DNA from: Lama glama
Taxonomy: Eukaryota
DNA length: 64,000 nt
Direction: 5' to 3'
Assembly: GCA_028534125.1 (NCBI GenBank)
Contig: CM052817.1
Coordinates: forward strand, 23,686,001 to 23,750,000
Part shown: positions 12,290 to 24,607 of the stretch, in pieces
Layout: every line of letters starts with the position of its first letter
How positions within the stretch are numbered: position 1 is the first letter of the stretch
Program-made: the position numbers and the translations under genes
The notes under the pieces: model-generated
What the model saw: only the letters and a program-made list of their open reading frames with translations
Told to the model about the DNA's origin: nothing
Databases searched by the model: none

Positions 12290-13360
12290 TAAAAGCAAAC
12301 ACACCCCAGTAGCCGTGAGCACACCTGGTGCCCAGACCTTGATTTTAATAGCATCCTCCAATAAAAGGAATCAGGGCTCCTTGGAGAAATGGCTGATTCC
12401 AGCACTGGGGTAGAAAATGTAGAAGATGAAACTGGAGAATCTTTAGTGCCAGAAAGAAAGCCGTCAGAAATAAATAAACAAAAACCACAATGCTGGGGGG
12501 GTTTCAAAAGGACGCAGGAGATAATGGAAGGAGTTCCGAACAGCCAGAGCTGGAATAACACCAACGACAAAATAAATAAGGTCGAACTGGATTATAACCC
12601 AAAGGATAAAGCAAATATCCCACTTGTCACAGTTATTAGAATAAATACTTGTATAAATATATAGGAGTGAAATCGACAAATATTACATACAGAAAAATTC
12701 CAAATAATTTGTGTAGATACTTCTCCCTCCAGGAGACAGAGCACACTTCAGCTTCTTTCCTGCAAGTTGTGTACAGTGACTTCCTTCCAAAGAGTAAAGT
12801 ACGAAAAGGGACAACAAGAAAGGGCAAATTTACAGTGGAGAAAGCGGACGCTACTTCAAGCCAGGTGATCAAGGTTAACATCAGCAGTGATAAATTATAT
12901 TGGTAGCATGTGCTTCTGATACCAAGCGATAAGAAAGCCAGTTTGGTATTCCCCCCCAAAACACAGCGCCCCAGTCTACTCATGAAAAACATGACACCAA
13001 TTCCAGCTGAGGGGCATTCTACAAAATGCCTCACCAGTACTACTCAAAACCGTCAAAGTCATCAAAAACAAGGCAAGTCTGAGAACCTGTCACAGTAAGG
13101 GGGAGCTTAAGGGGCCCTGAGGAACAAGTGTAATGTATCCTGAATGGGTTCCTGGAACAGAAAGGTAGAAACCAAGGAAATCTGAATAGAGTATGGACTT
13201 GAGTTCATAATGATGTATTAGATTGGTTCATTGTAACAAATATTCCATGGTGATACAAGATGCTAATAATATTAAATGTGGGGTGTGAAGTCCTCACTCT
13301 ACTCTCTTCACGATAGTTCTACAAATGTAAAAATGTTCTGAAAATAAAGTTAATTTAAAA
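12290..13360 (+). mobile_element. L1MD-type (L1MD2/3-like) 3' UTR
   Basis: cccagtagccgtgagcacacctggtgcccagaccttg, aaaaggaatcagggctccttggagaaatggctgattcc, caggtgatcaaggttaacatcagcagtgataa; ends aaaataaagttaatttaaaa. Confidence 0.85.
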
Positions 13361-13364
13361 TTTG

Positions 13365-13440
13365 TATATAGACATATAAGCACAATGTGTACATATATGT
13401 ATGTATATGAAGTATGTATATGTATGTGTGTATGTATATG
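13365..13440. repeat. (TA/TATG)n low-complexity repeat
   Basis: gtacatatatgtatgtatatgaagtatgtatatgtatgtgtgtatgtatatg. Confidence 0.8.
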
Positions 13441-13449
13441 AAGACCCCA

Positions 13450-13780
13450 TGTATCTTTCCAGGCTCATATCTTGCCAATTTCTCTCTGCACACAACAACT
13501 TTCAAAAACACCAAACAAACTTCTAACAGTTCCTCCAACACCAAGCACTTCCTTTTTCTTCTGTGCTGACTCTGTGATACCTTTCCTCTACATTCTTCCC
13601 TTATGACTAGTTCACGCTTATCCTTGGAAATAGTACACATTTCCAAGAAGTCTGCTCTAAATCTAAACCAAATTAGGAGCCCCTCCTAAATATTCTGGCA
13701 CCCTACGCTTCTGTCAAACAATTAATCTCTTTAACTTTTATGTCCCCAGTAGAGTAAGAGTTCTACATAAGGGGGTGGGA
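13450..13780 (+). mobile_element. L2 fragment
   Basis: ctttccaggctcatatctt...cagttcctccaacaccaagcacttcc...ttccaagaagtctgctcta matches the L2 3' region. Confidence 0.55.
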
Positions 13781-15434
13781 CCCCAGCTTTTTGCTAGAAA
13801 CACACCACATCCATCTCGCCAACCATGTCTCTTGCCACATCCCATGTCATCATTTAACCTTTTAGTTAGTAATTAGGAAGAACTAAAAGATGGGCACACA
13901 TACACGGGCCTTTCCACCTTAACTTATTTATTCTTCAATTCTCAGGCTAGGGATCCATATACTCCAAGATTTCCTTGAATTTATGGGAATTTTAAGCGAT
14001 TCCTCAGCAATTCTCTTGAACAAGAAATAATATTTTTGTTTCTCTCTCCCACCAGTCTGGAAGTGCCATTCATTTTTGTACCCTTCTAATTAAAAATAAG
14101 TTCTGATAGATAATAGACTGTCAAGAGATGACAAACTGGCCTGAATGGAACTGACCAGCAGTTTTGTTTCTGGCAGAAGCACACTTAGATTAGAGGATCT
14201 TTTTTTCCCAAAGGGAAGGAATCCATTTGGAGACAGGGAGTCAAATTAATTCAAAGAAGTGGCAGCAAATGCCCCTGACAATCTGACTTTATTATTAAAA
14301 GGGCTTACCATCTATAACTAAGTGCTCTTACTCTTGGTTTTTAAAAGTCAAGTATTAATATTCTAAAACTAAAATGAGAAAGAGAGTTTCAATAAAGAAT
14401 CATTTCAAGGTAACTCACAGAAACAATTCTTCTATTCTCCTCTCTCTTTCAAAATCTTAACATTTCTAAAGCATAAATTATAATTATGTATGAAAATAAT
14501 ATAAATGCCAATTCCTAACATAGTCTATTTTGACTTAGAAATGTATGGATATTATACTTTTAAAAATTACTATTTTACCTTTGACTCCAAATATTGTAGA
14601 ATGTCCTGATCTATTTGTCCTTAGCATATTTCTTTCCCATACTTCTTATTTGTTCCCAGAGAAGATATAAAAAAAAAAAAAGTGCCCTGTTTCAACATGC
14701 TAAATAAAACTTTAAGACCCTACAAACTTCAGGCTTATGTAATGTTAATGCACTTCTATTTTATTTTCCAATATACTTTGGATTAAATATTAATTTTGAG
14801 GAAAAGTTACCAATGTAACATAAAATATAGCTTTTTAAAAATAAAAGCATCAACAATGACTAAAGAAAGCTGGAGATTGTGCCAAAAAGAGATTTTAATA
14901 ACAGTGTCATGGTCACAGAAGCCTACTGTTTAAAAATTAATTTTTAGTTTGAAAGCATTACTGGCAGCACCAAGAGTGCACAAAACATATTCTCTCATTA
15001 CCAGATCTGCTCCTTGGAGCAGAAATGCCAAATGCTCCAAGGTAAGGACAAAGAATACTTTGAACCCTACAAGAAATGTGACAATAACAAAGTGTACACA
15101 ATTGTTTCCAAATCCTATTTTCTTAAGCAAAAATGTTTATGAAAATTTTAAAAAATGAACTGAACACTTGCTCATCCTATAAATAAGCAAAAGATGTCTT
15201 GAGGTCCATTTTTTGGTACCTTCATTTGAATAATTATATTTTTCTAGGGAGGGAGAAAGAAACAACCTTCAGAAAATTGTCTCTCAAACCATTCGTGCCT
15301 TCATTCAACATTAACTAAGAACACGATGTGAACCAGGGATCAGGTGAGGTGGTGCGTCCAGCGCAGTCATTAGCCTCTAAAAGCCCTCAGTGTAATGGGG
15401 GACCAGTCAAGAAGACAACCAGAACTCAGCTATA

Positions 15435-16247
15435 CATTAACTTCCTCCCCTTATCCACGGTTTTGTCTTCCAAGCTTTCAGTTACCCAAGGTCAACTGTG
15501 GTCCAAAAATATTAGATGGAAAATTCCAGAAATAAGCAATTTACAAGTTTTAAACTTAAGGCTATTCTGAGTAGCATAATGAAATCTCACACCCTCTTAA
15601 TCCTTCCTGCCTGGGACACGAGTCATTCTTTTGTCCAGCATATTTCACCCTTAGTCATTTAGTAGCCACCTCGTTATCAGCTCAGCTGTCACCCTCAACA
15701 GTGCTTGTATTCAAATCACCCTTCTTCTACTTAGTAAAGGCCCCAGAGAGCAGTGATACTTGCAATTCGGATATGCCAAAGACAAGCCAGAAAGTGCTTC
15801 CTTTAAGCAAAAAGGTAAAAGTTTTCAACCTAATAAGGAAAGAAAAAAAATTGTGTTCTGGGGTTGCTAAGATCTACAGTAAGAACAAATCTTTCATCCA
15901 TGAAATTGTGACGAAGGAAAAAGAAATCTGCGTTAGTCTTGCTGTTGCGCCTTAAACAGCAAAAGTTACGGCCACAATGCATGATAAGTGCTTGGTCAAG
16001 ATGGAAAAGGCATTAAATTTATACAATAAGACATGTTGGGAGAGAGAGAGAGAGACCACATTCATATAACTTTTGTTATAGGATATTGTTATAATTGTTA
16101 TATATAATATATAAATGTATAAATTTATATATATATGTATATGTGTGTGTGTGTATATATATATATATAGGATTTGATACTATCTGTGATTTCAGGCATC
16201 CACTGCGGGTCTTGCAAGTATCCTGTGCAAATAAGGAGGAACTACTG
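15435..16247 (+). mobile_element. Tigger7/MER44 DNA transposon (internally deleted, both ends present)
   Basis: Left TA then TIR-like cattaacttcctccccttatccacgg; right end gcaaataaggaggaactactg; internal transposase N-terminal HTH remnant MPKTSQKVLPLSKKVKVFNLIRKEKK...VAKIY ending in a premature stop at 15953-15955. Confidence 0.92.
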
Positions 16248-16642
16248 TCCAGACAAGGCAAGCTGCAAAGCCAGTTCAGATGGTCCTCTACCGAGGTAGT
16301 GGTTTACCCCAGAGCTGTGACGAATAGTATCTATGTAGGAATACAAAGCATTTAGCATTTCCATTAAATGTGTATAGTTGTTCTTAAAAAGTATCTGAGA
16401 TATACTTTCCTAAAAATTGCGAAAAGCTTTGAAATGTAGTGGTTGTCCTAAACAGCTTATTCATCCAGGTTATCATCTCCATTTGTCTCTGACTAGGCTC
16501 TTTTACTACTCTGCACAGATAGAAGTTAACTTATTGTGAACTGATCCTGATGCCAATAATTCTTATCCAGATAAAGGCAAATTATTTCTACTGAAATGCA
16601 ATTGATTATGGGCATATAGATTGTCAAGAGTTTTGCCAGCTC

Positions 16643-16761
16643 TGCAATACCCTTAAGGAAGATGTATCTGTTGTACTATCTTCCTAACTCCAAGGAAGGA
16701 ATGAGTGGCATTAAGAATACCACCTAGATGCTTAATATGCATGCCTATTGGTAAACATAAT
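16643..16761 (+). repeat. local dispersed duplication, copy 1
   Basis: Shares tcttcctaactccaaggaaggaatgagtg and atgcttaatatgcatgcctat with 17744-17859. Confidence 0.9.
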
Positions 16762-17743
16762 TTATTTGTAAATGTATTTTCAGCATCCCTTATCTGACTA
16801 TAAATGTGGGGCTCTTTGAGTTACCTTTTGAACCACTGGTTTCCCCACTAAATAATAAGTCAAATAAATTCTTTGACATGTGTTCACTTTATATCTGTAG
16901 GAGAGTCATGATTTTATCCCTTAAAAAATTATCCTTTGATAAGTGAATAAAAGAATCTTAAATCAGTTAGAGTCTTTCTGTCTACTGGTGTTATTTATAC
17001 TTTTAAGAGTGATTTAGAATCTGCACAAGTTTCATAGGCTGTTATCAATGGTACTTCTCAGCATTTTCTCCTTCAGAAACCAAGAATGATGAGCTGAAGC
17101 CATGGATTCCAGGAGAAGTATGCCCCAACAAGACGAGAAATGTGAAAAACATCACATGGTAAATATTTAAGGAGACAGTCCATGATTACTGGCAACATTT
17201 ATCCTGACCAATGTGATCAAGAAATGTGTACACTCTGAAGGATGTGAAGCATCCTTTTGTAACCACTCTGCAGTGCTGTGTCACGTGGCCATAAGTCATG
17301 GTGCCAAGTAAAGTATCTCCGTTTGTTTTCAGAGCAATGATACTTCTTCAAATAAATTAAAAGTCCAGCAGATTAAACTAAATCATTCTGTATCTTAAAA
17401 ATCAAAGCAGTCCTAAAATGGAAAGAAATATAGGCTTTACATGTTTCTTGAGTTAAATGAAATGTACTAATTTGCCAGCTTGTTCTGCAATATGGTTCAA
17501 AATAGATATAGATATGTGCCGATATAGAGATATATGCAACAGTAACTTAAAAATGGAAATTTCAGAAAACACATTAGCAAGTTATTCCCAAAGTCGTCTA
17601 GAGGTAACAAAGTATATGGACAGGAACGGTAGAGGACTTTTAAACCCCGTGCCACATCAAGAGTACAATAATTAGTCAGGAGATCAGACAGCAAAAGAAA
17701 GCAATGCTGGGGAAGCTTCTTTGGAGAGAGACATGCTGGGAGA

Positions 17744-17859
17744 TGCATATCCCCAAGAAGGATGCAACAGCTGTACTCTCTTCCTAACTCCAAGGAAGGA
17801 ATGAGTGTTAAGGATACCACCTAGAATGCTTAATATGCATGCCTATCAGTAAACCTAAT
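17744..17859 (+). repeat. local dispersed duplication, copy 2
   Basis: Direct repeat of 16643-16761 at an offset of about 1100 bp. Confidence 0.9.
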
Positions 17860-19019
17860 GCACTTTTGTCTGCCACCTACCTGGGAAAGTAGGCAAGACA
17901 TGGGATTACTGGCTACTTTGATGGCAAAGCAAAAGACAAATTTCTCAATTTGTGACCATTCACACTCTCAAAATTTCTCCCAAAGTTTTGTGAAGAAAAG
18001 AATGCCATCACTCTTCCTGTAGATAAGATGTGGAAGATAAGAGAATCCACATGAACTCATCTTGGGTCCTGTCCAAAAGGGTTACCAGGAAGGTGGAACA
18101 GGTCTCGTAAGAATGAAACTAGAATACAGGTATTTTCAAATAAGGATACATGTGATCCTGATAAACCTGCAAAAATAACCTGAGTTTATGGAATAACATT
18201 AGGGACAGACCAGTCAAAACCTATGCAACTTATTAATCTTACTTTTAAAAATTCATACACACACACACACACAGCTCCAAGAGCTGGGTAATTCTAACAT
18301 GTCAAAAGACATATTAGATCGTGGACAAATAAATACTATAGTAAATGACGGATTTTATCTTAAAAATAAAGGTATCTCAATGGAAGGGCACATAGGGAAG
18401 TTTTGTTCCTGCTAAGTTATGGAGAAAAGGGTAAAGTAAACACAGAACAGAGAGAATAATGCAATAAGCACTTTGTAGGCAGAACATATGGTCAACCTCG
18501 GCCAAGAGGGAAAAAGCAAGGTGACTGGGCACCAGGTCCAGGAGTGCACAGTTCCGTAGCTTGCTGTGATTGAGTTTATTAGTATTCTTTGCATTCAACT
18601 GCAGGTACTGGTGGTCCAAAATATTAACATGCTACTAAACAAAACTGCATGTGACCCCCCTGAGACTTCCGTGTTATATTGATATCGTTCTGCTGTTTAC
18701 CAGTCATGTATAACCTAATACATGTTACAGAATCGTTCTTGTTAGCAGAGCAGACCACATCCACAGAGAACTGTGGGAGGCATGAGCAGCCAGCAGGAAC
18801 AGAAAGTATTGGCCATTATCCCTGCAACTACAGAGGAGAGATGTTCGGCCACAGTGGTGGGGAGGGGGTTGGTGTTGAGAGGGGGTAGTTCAAAGAGCTC
18901 ACAACAGCTCTCAAGAGAGAGTGTTGAACCTCCCAGGTCTAGAGAGCTCAGTATCAGCTCAAAAAAGGAGCAGTAATGTCCTCTGGCTCTCCCCATCTCA
19001 TAAATTAAAGGAAGTCAAG

Positions 19020-19165
19020 GCTAAAAGGGGCCTCCGAGGGGAACTAGCGCCAGACCTTTATTTTATAGAAGAGGAAAGTCTAACCCAGAGATACGCCAGG
19101 ACTCGCCATGTCAACAGGAACAGAGTGGCAGAGCAAGGATTAGGGCTCACTCTCCCTACTCTGAA
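19020..19165 (-). mobile_element. MIR SINE
   Basis: ttattttatagaagaggaaagtctaacccagaga...agtggcagagcaaggattagggctcactctcc. Confidence 0.6.
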
Positions 19166-20839
19166 ACAGGTAACCCAGTCATCAACACTTCTGCTGATCC
19201 ATTATCTCAATACACATTGAGTGTCTAATGTTTAGAAGAAACTGTGCTAATACATTGTGGAATATATGAGGACAAATCATGTCTAGTAGAGAAATTGATA
19301 CAACTTCACTGAATCTAATACCAGGTAAAAAATGCTAAGGATCTTAAGAGGAGTGACTATAGGGGTCTTAAGAAGAGGGAAAAATAGAGAATGATAAAGG
19401 CACAGAGGAAGAAACCCATTGGAAAACTGAAAAACTATACAAACTGAAAATATAGTAGGCTCCATAAAGCATACATCTAAATGAAAAAGAATAGACTAGA
19501 TTCCTCCAGACATGCAGCATACTCTCTGTCCCTTAAAGTGCATGTATACTATGTATAGTAAACGTATATTATCCTTTTTTTGGCCAAACCTCAACTAGAG
19601 ATCTGAGTCAATCTCCCAACCAGGGTTTCTAGGACACCAACCACACTTGACTATGTGGTGGGAGGTAACGTCCCTCTTTTGCAGTTAAAGTCTAACCTTT
19701 AAGCCTCTCTACTTCATCTCCATAGAAATTAAACCAATTAGGCTAAAACACCACAAGGATGAATCTGGACCCCCTACAAACCACAAAATGTGACACATCA
19801 GTGTCTATATTGTGAAACTTGGAAGTATGAATTTGGTGACAAGATTATCTATCAGAACTACAAAAAGCAATATAGAAAGATAAATAGAAACACTCTTCCA
19901 GAATATATATGCAGCTGGAAATTAACCTTGAGTTGGCAAAAACTCAATTTCTCTACTAGACATGATTTATCTTCATATATTCATATATTCCACAAAAACT
20001 ACATACTTTTGCTTCTTCATGCTAAAGAATTCTTTGTAAAATGCTACTTCATAAAAACATATTTCATGGTTTTATTAACATAAGAATGGGTATTGAATGG
20101 AGAAGCAGTGAAGAAATCTTTTAATAATCCTCATATACTTAGGGTAAGTTCAAATAGTCCAGATTTAGACCAAGACTCTATGTTCCTGAAATTCTGTGAT
20201 GGTTTTCTGAAATTCTATGATGAGTTCTCTTAAATACTTTAATTCTGAAGTAGACTTATTTTAAGTCTAGAAATAAATTCATAACCTCTTTGTCTAATTA
20301 AAATTATTTATAGCATTTAAATAGCTACTATTTCCAAGTAATAATTTTTTATTTGATAGTGCACTCACTCAAATTTAAAGTATTTGTTTCTAGGAATAGA
20401 TATTCACTGTTGTAAAAGTTCTCCCACACTCCTCCTCCTCCCTTCAGCCTACATTTTTCACACTTATTTGGCTTATGTTCACATTTGACTCTCTGGCATT
20501 TACAAAAACATCTCTCCCACTGGCTCTGAAAATGTAGTATTTTAAATGTGCGATGTTTGTCCACAGTTGGCTAGTTTATCATTTCGTGCTTATATGATTT
20601 TCTTTTAGCTAATGATGCCCTGTCTTTCTACTTCCTTTGGCAAAATAAAAGAAAAACCAATTCAGGCACATCACTCAATAAAACTCAGTGTGTACAGCAG
20701 CCTTTTTTGCAATTTGAATCAGTGATGATTAATAGCTGTCTAATTCTTTCCTTGGTTTTATGATTAATTGTTGAATCTTAACCATTTAAATTTTTTAAAA
20801 AAGAAGCTATGTTCTTTGGGGCTATTACAAAACCATAGC

Positions 20840-20950
20840 GAAAAGGAGAGAAAGGAGAGGAGTAAAAAGAGGAGAGAAAGAAGAAAATGAAGGAAGAATG
20901 AGGAGCAGGAGAAAAAAAGCAGAGGAAGAGTGAGAAAAAAGAGAAGAAAA
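20840..20950. repeat. purine-rich (GA) low-complexity tract
   Basis: aaaaggagagaaaggagaggagtaaaaagaggagagaaagaagaaaatgaaggaag... Confidence 0.8.
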
Positions 20951-21309
20951 CTAGTGATCACAGATTATAGGGACTCGATTCTAATAGTTCATGTCCATTG
21001 CGCTTTTTAGGGAAGCTGCAGCTTCAAAAGCTAGTTCTCCCCAGTCCAGGTTTCCCAGCTATTAGGCAGCACTCCTGCATGCAAGTTGCTTTTATAATAT
21101 ATGTTACAATCACACATACTGAAAAATAAATACACATATTTGCATCACTTAAACAAAAGAGTATAATCAAGTCTCTCAAGTATTGTCTTCAGCAAGTATT
21201 CTGATAGGAAACCAATTATGCTTGGTCATAATTAAGCCAAGACTTTCTAAATTGAAACACTGATTGGGTTATTGGGTTGCAATCTTAACACTGATGATGA
21301 ATGGCCATG

Positions 21310-21460
21310 TTTTGAGCCTGTTCCTTGATCTCTTTGTGCCTCAGTATACTCATCTGTAAAATGGCAATTATTTAGTAGTATATGTATGATAGGATTGTAA
21401 GACATAAAAGATTTAGATGTTACACATAGGAAATGCTCATTAATAAGTGCTACTATTATC
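21310..21460 (+). mobile_element. MIR SINE
   Basis: ctctttgtgcctcagtatactcatctgtaaaatggcaat...aaatgctcattaataagtgctactattat. Confidence 0.75.
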
Positions 21461-21508
21461 TATTGCATACAGCCTTTTGTATGGTTCATTTTAGAACTTT
21501 GAGAAACA

Positions 21509-21958
21509 TATCTTAGTTCAAATTCCCCGAGAAGCAAACTCTGAAACTAGGATATAGAACAAGGAGTTTCTTTGGCAGGTAATTCTGAGAAGCACAGATA
21601 GAATGTGGAGAATTGAGTCAGGGAGTAAATGGAAGCCAGACTGAATCTGTTAATGAGAGCAATATGGGCATCTGGGATGCAGTTCAACTGGGGACCTCTC
21701 AGTAACACTAGAGTTCCTCAGTCATCCGACCCACGGCATGAGACGGTGGGGTATTCTTCCAACATATCCCATCTGTCATTGCTTTGAAGACCTTAACTCT
21801 CTAGTATTCTCAACCTGCCTTGCACAGGGCCAGGCCCATGGCAGGAGAAAGCCCCAAGGCGGAGAGGTACGGGAACTTGTAACAGGAAGACAAAGGTGTG
21901 CACAAGATGGATGAGATCCAAGGGGACACGGGCAGATCCCTGAACATGTCAATTACAC
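21509..21958 (-). mobile_element. ERVL solo LTR, LTR16 family
   Basis: tcttagttcaaattccccgagaagcaaactctgaaac...tttctttggcaggtaattctgagaagcac...ctggggacctctc matches antisense LTR16. Confidence 0.75.
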
Positions 21959-22299
21959 ATATGCAATTTGTTTAGAATTCTTCTTCAGAAAGTATTCTTT
22001 CCAAAAATATTTAATAAGCATTTACTCTTCTCAAATCATTAAACTAAGAGGAATTAAAAGATAAATCAGGCAAGGCTCTTTCATTCAATGAGCTAACAGC
22101 CCAGTTAAAGAGGTGATGGGTAGACAGCACTGCCGTAAGTCTCAGACTTCTTTCTTTTCTTCTTCCTCTCCATAGAGACTCCATTCTCCAAACATCAGAA
22201 ATAATAAAATTTTTTTAAATTGGCCTCACTTATAAAGAGTAGAATGAGGTCTTAGTCTTACTTTCCAAAGAGGCTGGAAATTTTCTAGTATTCCTTTGA

Positions 22300-22470
22300 G
22301 GGTAACCATGTAGCCTCAGTCACTTCACTTCTACAAGCCTCAATTTTCTTTATCTGTAAAATGGGGATAAGAACACCTAAGTTACAGGGTGTTTATGAGC
22401 ATTAATTATGCCTCTAATGTGCTTGGCATTCTGCCTAGCATATAAAAAGGGCTCAACAAATGGCCATTTC
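22300..22470 (+). mobile_element. MIR SINE
   Basis: agtcacttcacttctacaagcctcaattttcttatctgtaaaatggggataagaacacct. Confidence 0.8.
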
Positions 22471-22599
22471 TTAGCAAGCTGAGTTTTCCAACACTCATCC
22501 CACATTGCCAGGCAGCATTAAGAGTTAGAAGAGGAAGACAAGAGTTTGTGGAGCCAGACACCTGATTTTATTAGAGTAGAGGAGAGATCATTTATTGAA

Positions 22600-22800
22600 G
22601 AGACAAACTCAGTGTTTGCCTCTTATCTTCTCCACTCTTAGAGTTGTACCCCTTATTTGAAGTGCTTCAACTTCTCTGATACCCACTCATCTCATTTGTA
22701 AAAACAGGTTGACAATACCTGCTTAACTAACCACAGGAGGATGGTGTGAGATTAGCTTAAGACAGAAATTGATGAGAACCATTTGAAAGGATATAATCTA
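22600..22800 (+). mobile_element. MIR SINE
   Basis: aagtgcttcaacttctctgatacccactcatctcatttgtaaaaacaggttgacaatacctgc. Confidence 0.6.
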
Positions 22801-24072
22801 TACAAATGGGAAGGAAAAAATGTTATTCTTAAATGATTTACAGGAAAAAAAAGTCTTCTTACATTAACTGCCACATTTCAGTGGAGACAAATCTAGACAA
22901 AGGCAACCTCATTTTACCAATATCATGTGATTTATCATCAGACCAAAGACACACGCTGAGCTAGATAAGCCACTAAATGTATCAAAGAGTTTACAACAGC
23001 ATAAAAAATATAATTTCAGTGTTGAATCTTCCTTCAGTTTCTCCAAAGTTCTCTTACCTTAGAAGTGACCTTCGATTCTGAACTGAATCCTCAAATAATT
23101 TGATAGGATGTAAGAAAGTTTTCAGGGCTGAAACCAGTGGATCTATTCCCTGGGGGCCATCACCTAACACTCGCAATAATTATGGTCCTTGTGTTTGATC
23201 CTTAATGACAGTAAACACCCGAGCGTGGAATTCCCAGCGGCCATTACTTGCAATTTCATTCTTAATATTTCATCAAGACCACAACAGTTGCTCCAACAGG
23301 AGGGTTAGTCAAGGGGTCATATTTGGTGGGCAGTTATGGAGTATAGGAAGTCTTTTTCTGCAGAGAAACTCAAGCTCCCCACTTGTTTCTTCTTAGATCT
23401 CTCCTCAACTCAACATATACTACCAAAATAAACTACTGATAGTCACTCGGTTGCATCAGTCTGGAGGCTAAGCACGTGGTTGACTGTGTACATACAAGTG
23501 ATGTTACTCACCTATAGCCCCTGCAAGGCAGTGTAATGTAAAGTAGACCTTGTACTAGGAGTCAGGAGTGTTGGGCTCTCAACTTTCTCACCTGCTATTA
23601 ATTTGTTAGTGGTTTTTTAACCTGTTAAATAGCAATAAAAATTCCTACTTGGACCACCCTATTGCAAAGACAGCAGAACCAAAGAAAACCTCTGTACCCC
23701 AAGGAAACACCTTCTCTTCTCCTTTCTTCACTGTTTCTGTTACAGCTAACATTTGGTTTGATGTAGAGTCGGCACTTCATAAGTGTATGTTGACAACGCT
23801 TTTAACACTGCACAACAATATACAAAGATGAGATGTAGCTAAATCACCTTATGCCTGATCCTTTAATTGCCCTTGCATCTTCTCTTTCTTTACATTTCTC
23901 TATTCTCAATTATCCTCTAAACTCACCTCAATTGCTGTTTCATGAAAAGAACAGATTGACTGCTTCAAAATTACCTGGGAACTTTCAAAGCATATAGGTT
24001 ACAATAAAAGATTCACCTACAGGGGAATGAATAAACAAATTTTCACATCTCCATTCACTGGACAGTGGAGAT

Positions 24073-24192
24073 TTGTGTGTGTGTGTGTGTGCAAGTGTGT
24101 GTGTGTTACAACAGCTTAGCCAATACTTTAAACAACACAAACACAAAAACCATATTTTCATACATGTATGTGTGTGTATATATATATATATA
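24073..24192. repeat. (TG)n and (TA)n microsatellites
   Basis: tgtgtgtgtgtgtgtgtgcaagtgtgtgtgtg and tgtgtgtgtatatatatatatata. Confidence 0.85.
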
Positions 24193-24199
24193 TTTTCTC

Positions 24200-24607
24200 T
24201 CAGTGTCCCTTCTTTCACCCCTTTAATAACAGCAGCCCTAGAGATGGCACATTTCCCAGCCGCCTGTGCCATGGATGTTGTCACATGACTAAGCTGGGGC
24301 TAAAAGGATGCAAAGAGAAGTGATACATAAAACTTCCAGTTCATCTCCTTAAAAAGGAAGCAATCTGCCCTGGAATCTCCTTTTCTCTTTCTCTTTAGCT
24401 GAGAAGTCACAATGATGTGCACACCCACCTTATACCCAGATGGAGAGGCAATGCAATGAGAACTGCAGAACCACCCAGGCAGAGAGCATCTCTGGATGTC
24501 GCCCCCTGTACTGAGCCATCTGCTTTCCTGGAAATAAGCATAGATACTGCTTAAGCCACTAAATTTTTATGTTTCTAAAGAAAATTTTAGCCTATTCCCT
24601 AACAACA
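24200..24607 (+). mobile_element. MaLR solo LTR, MLT1J-like
   Basis: cacatttcccagccgcc...gtcacatgactaagct...gagaagtgatacataaaacttcc...cttaagccacta. Confidence 0.7.

Noticed and set aside
12289..13098. Cluster of ORFs up to 132 aa
   Set aside because: All lie within the L1MD 3' UTR and are chance frames.
20180..20225. Short ~21-bp tandem duplication, with similar ones near 25820 and 44310
   Set aside because: Two-copy slippage duplications are ubiquitous and do not form an array.
24495..24515. Partial CTCF-like motif gtcgccccctgtac, with similar partial matches near 9780 and 48825
   Set aside because: Several mismatches at core positions; not distinguishable from chance without ChIP data.
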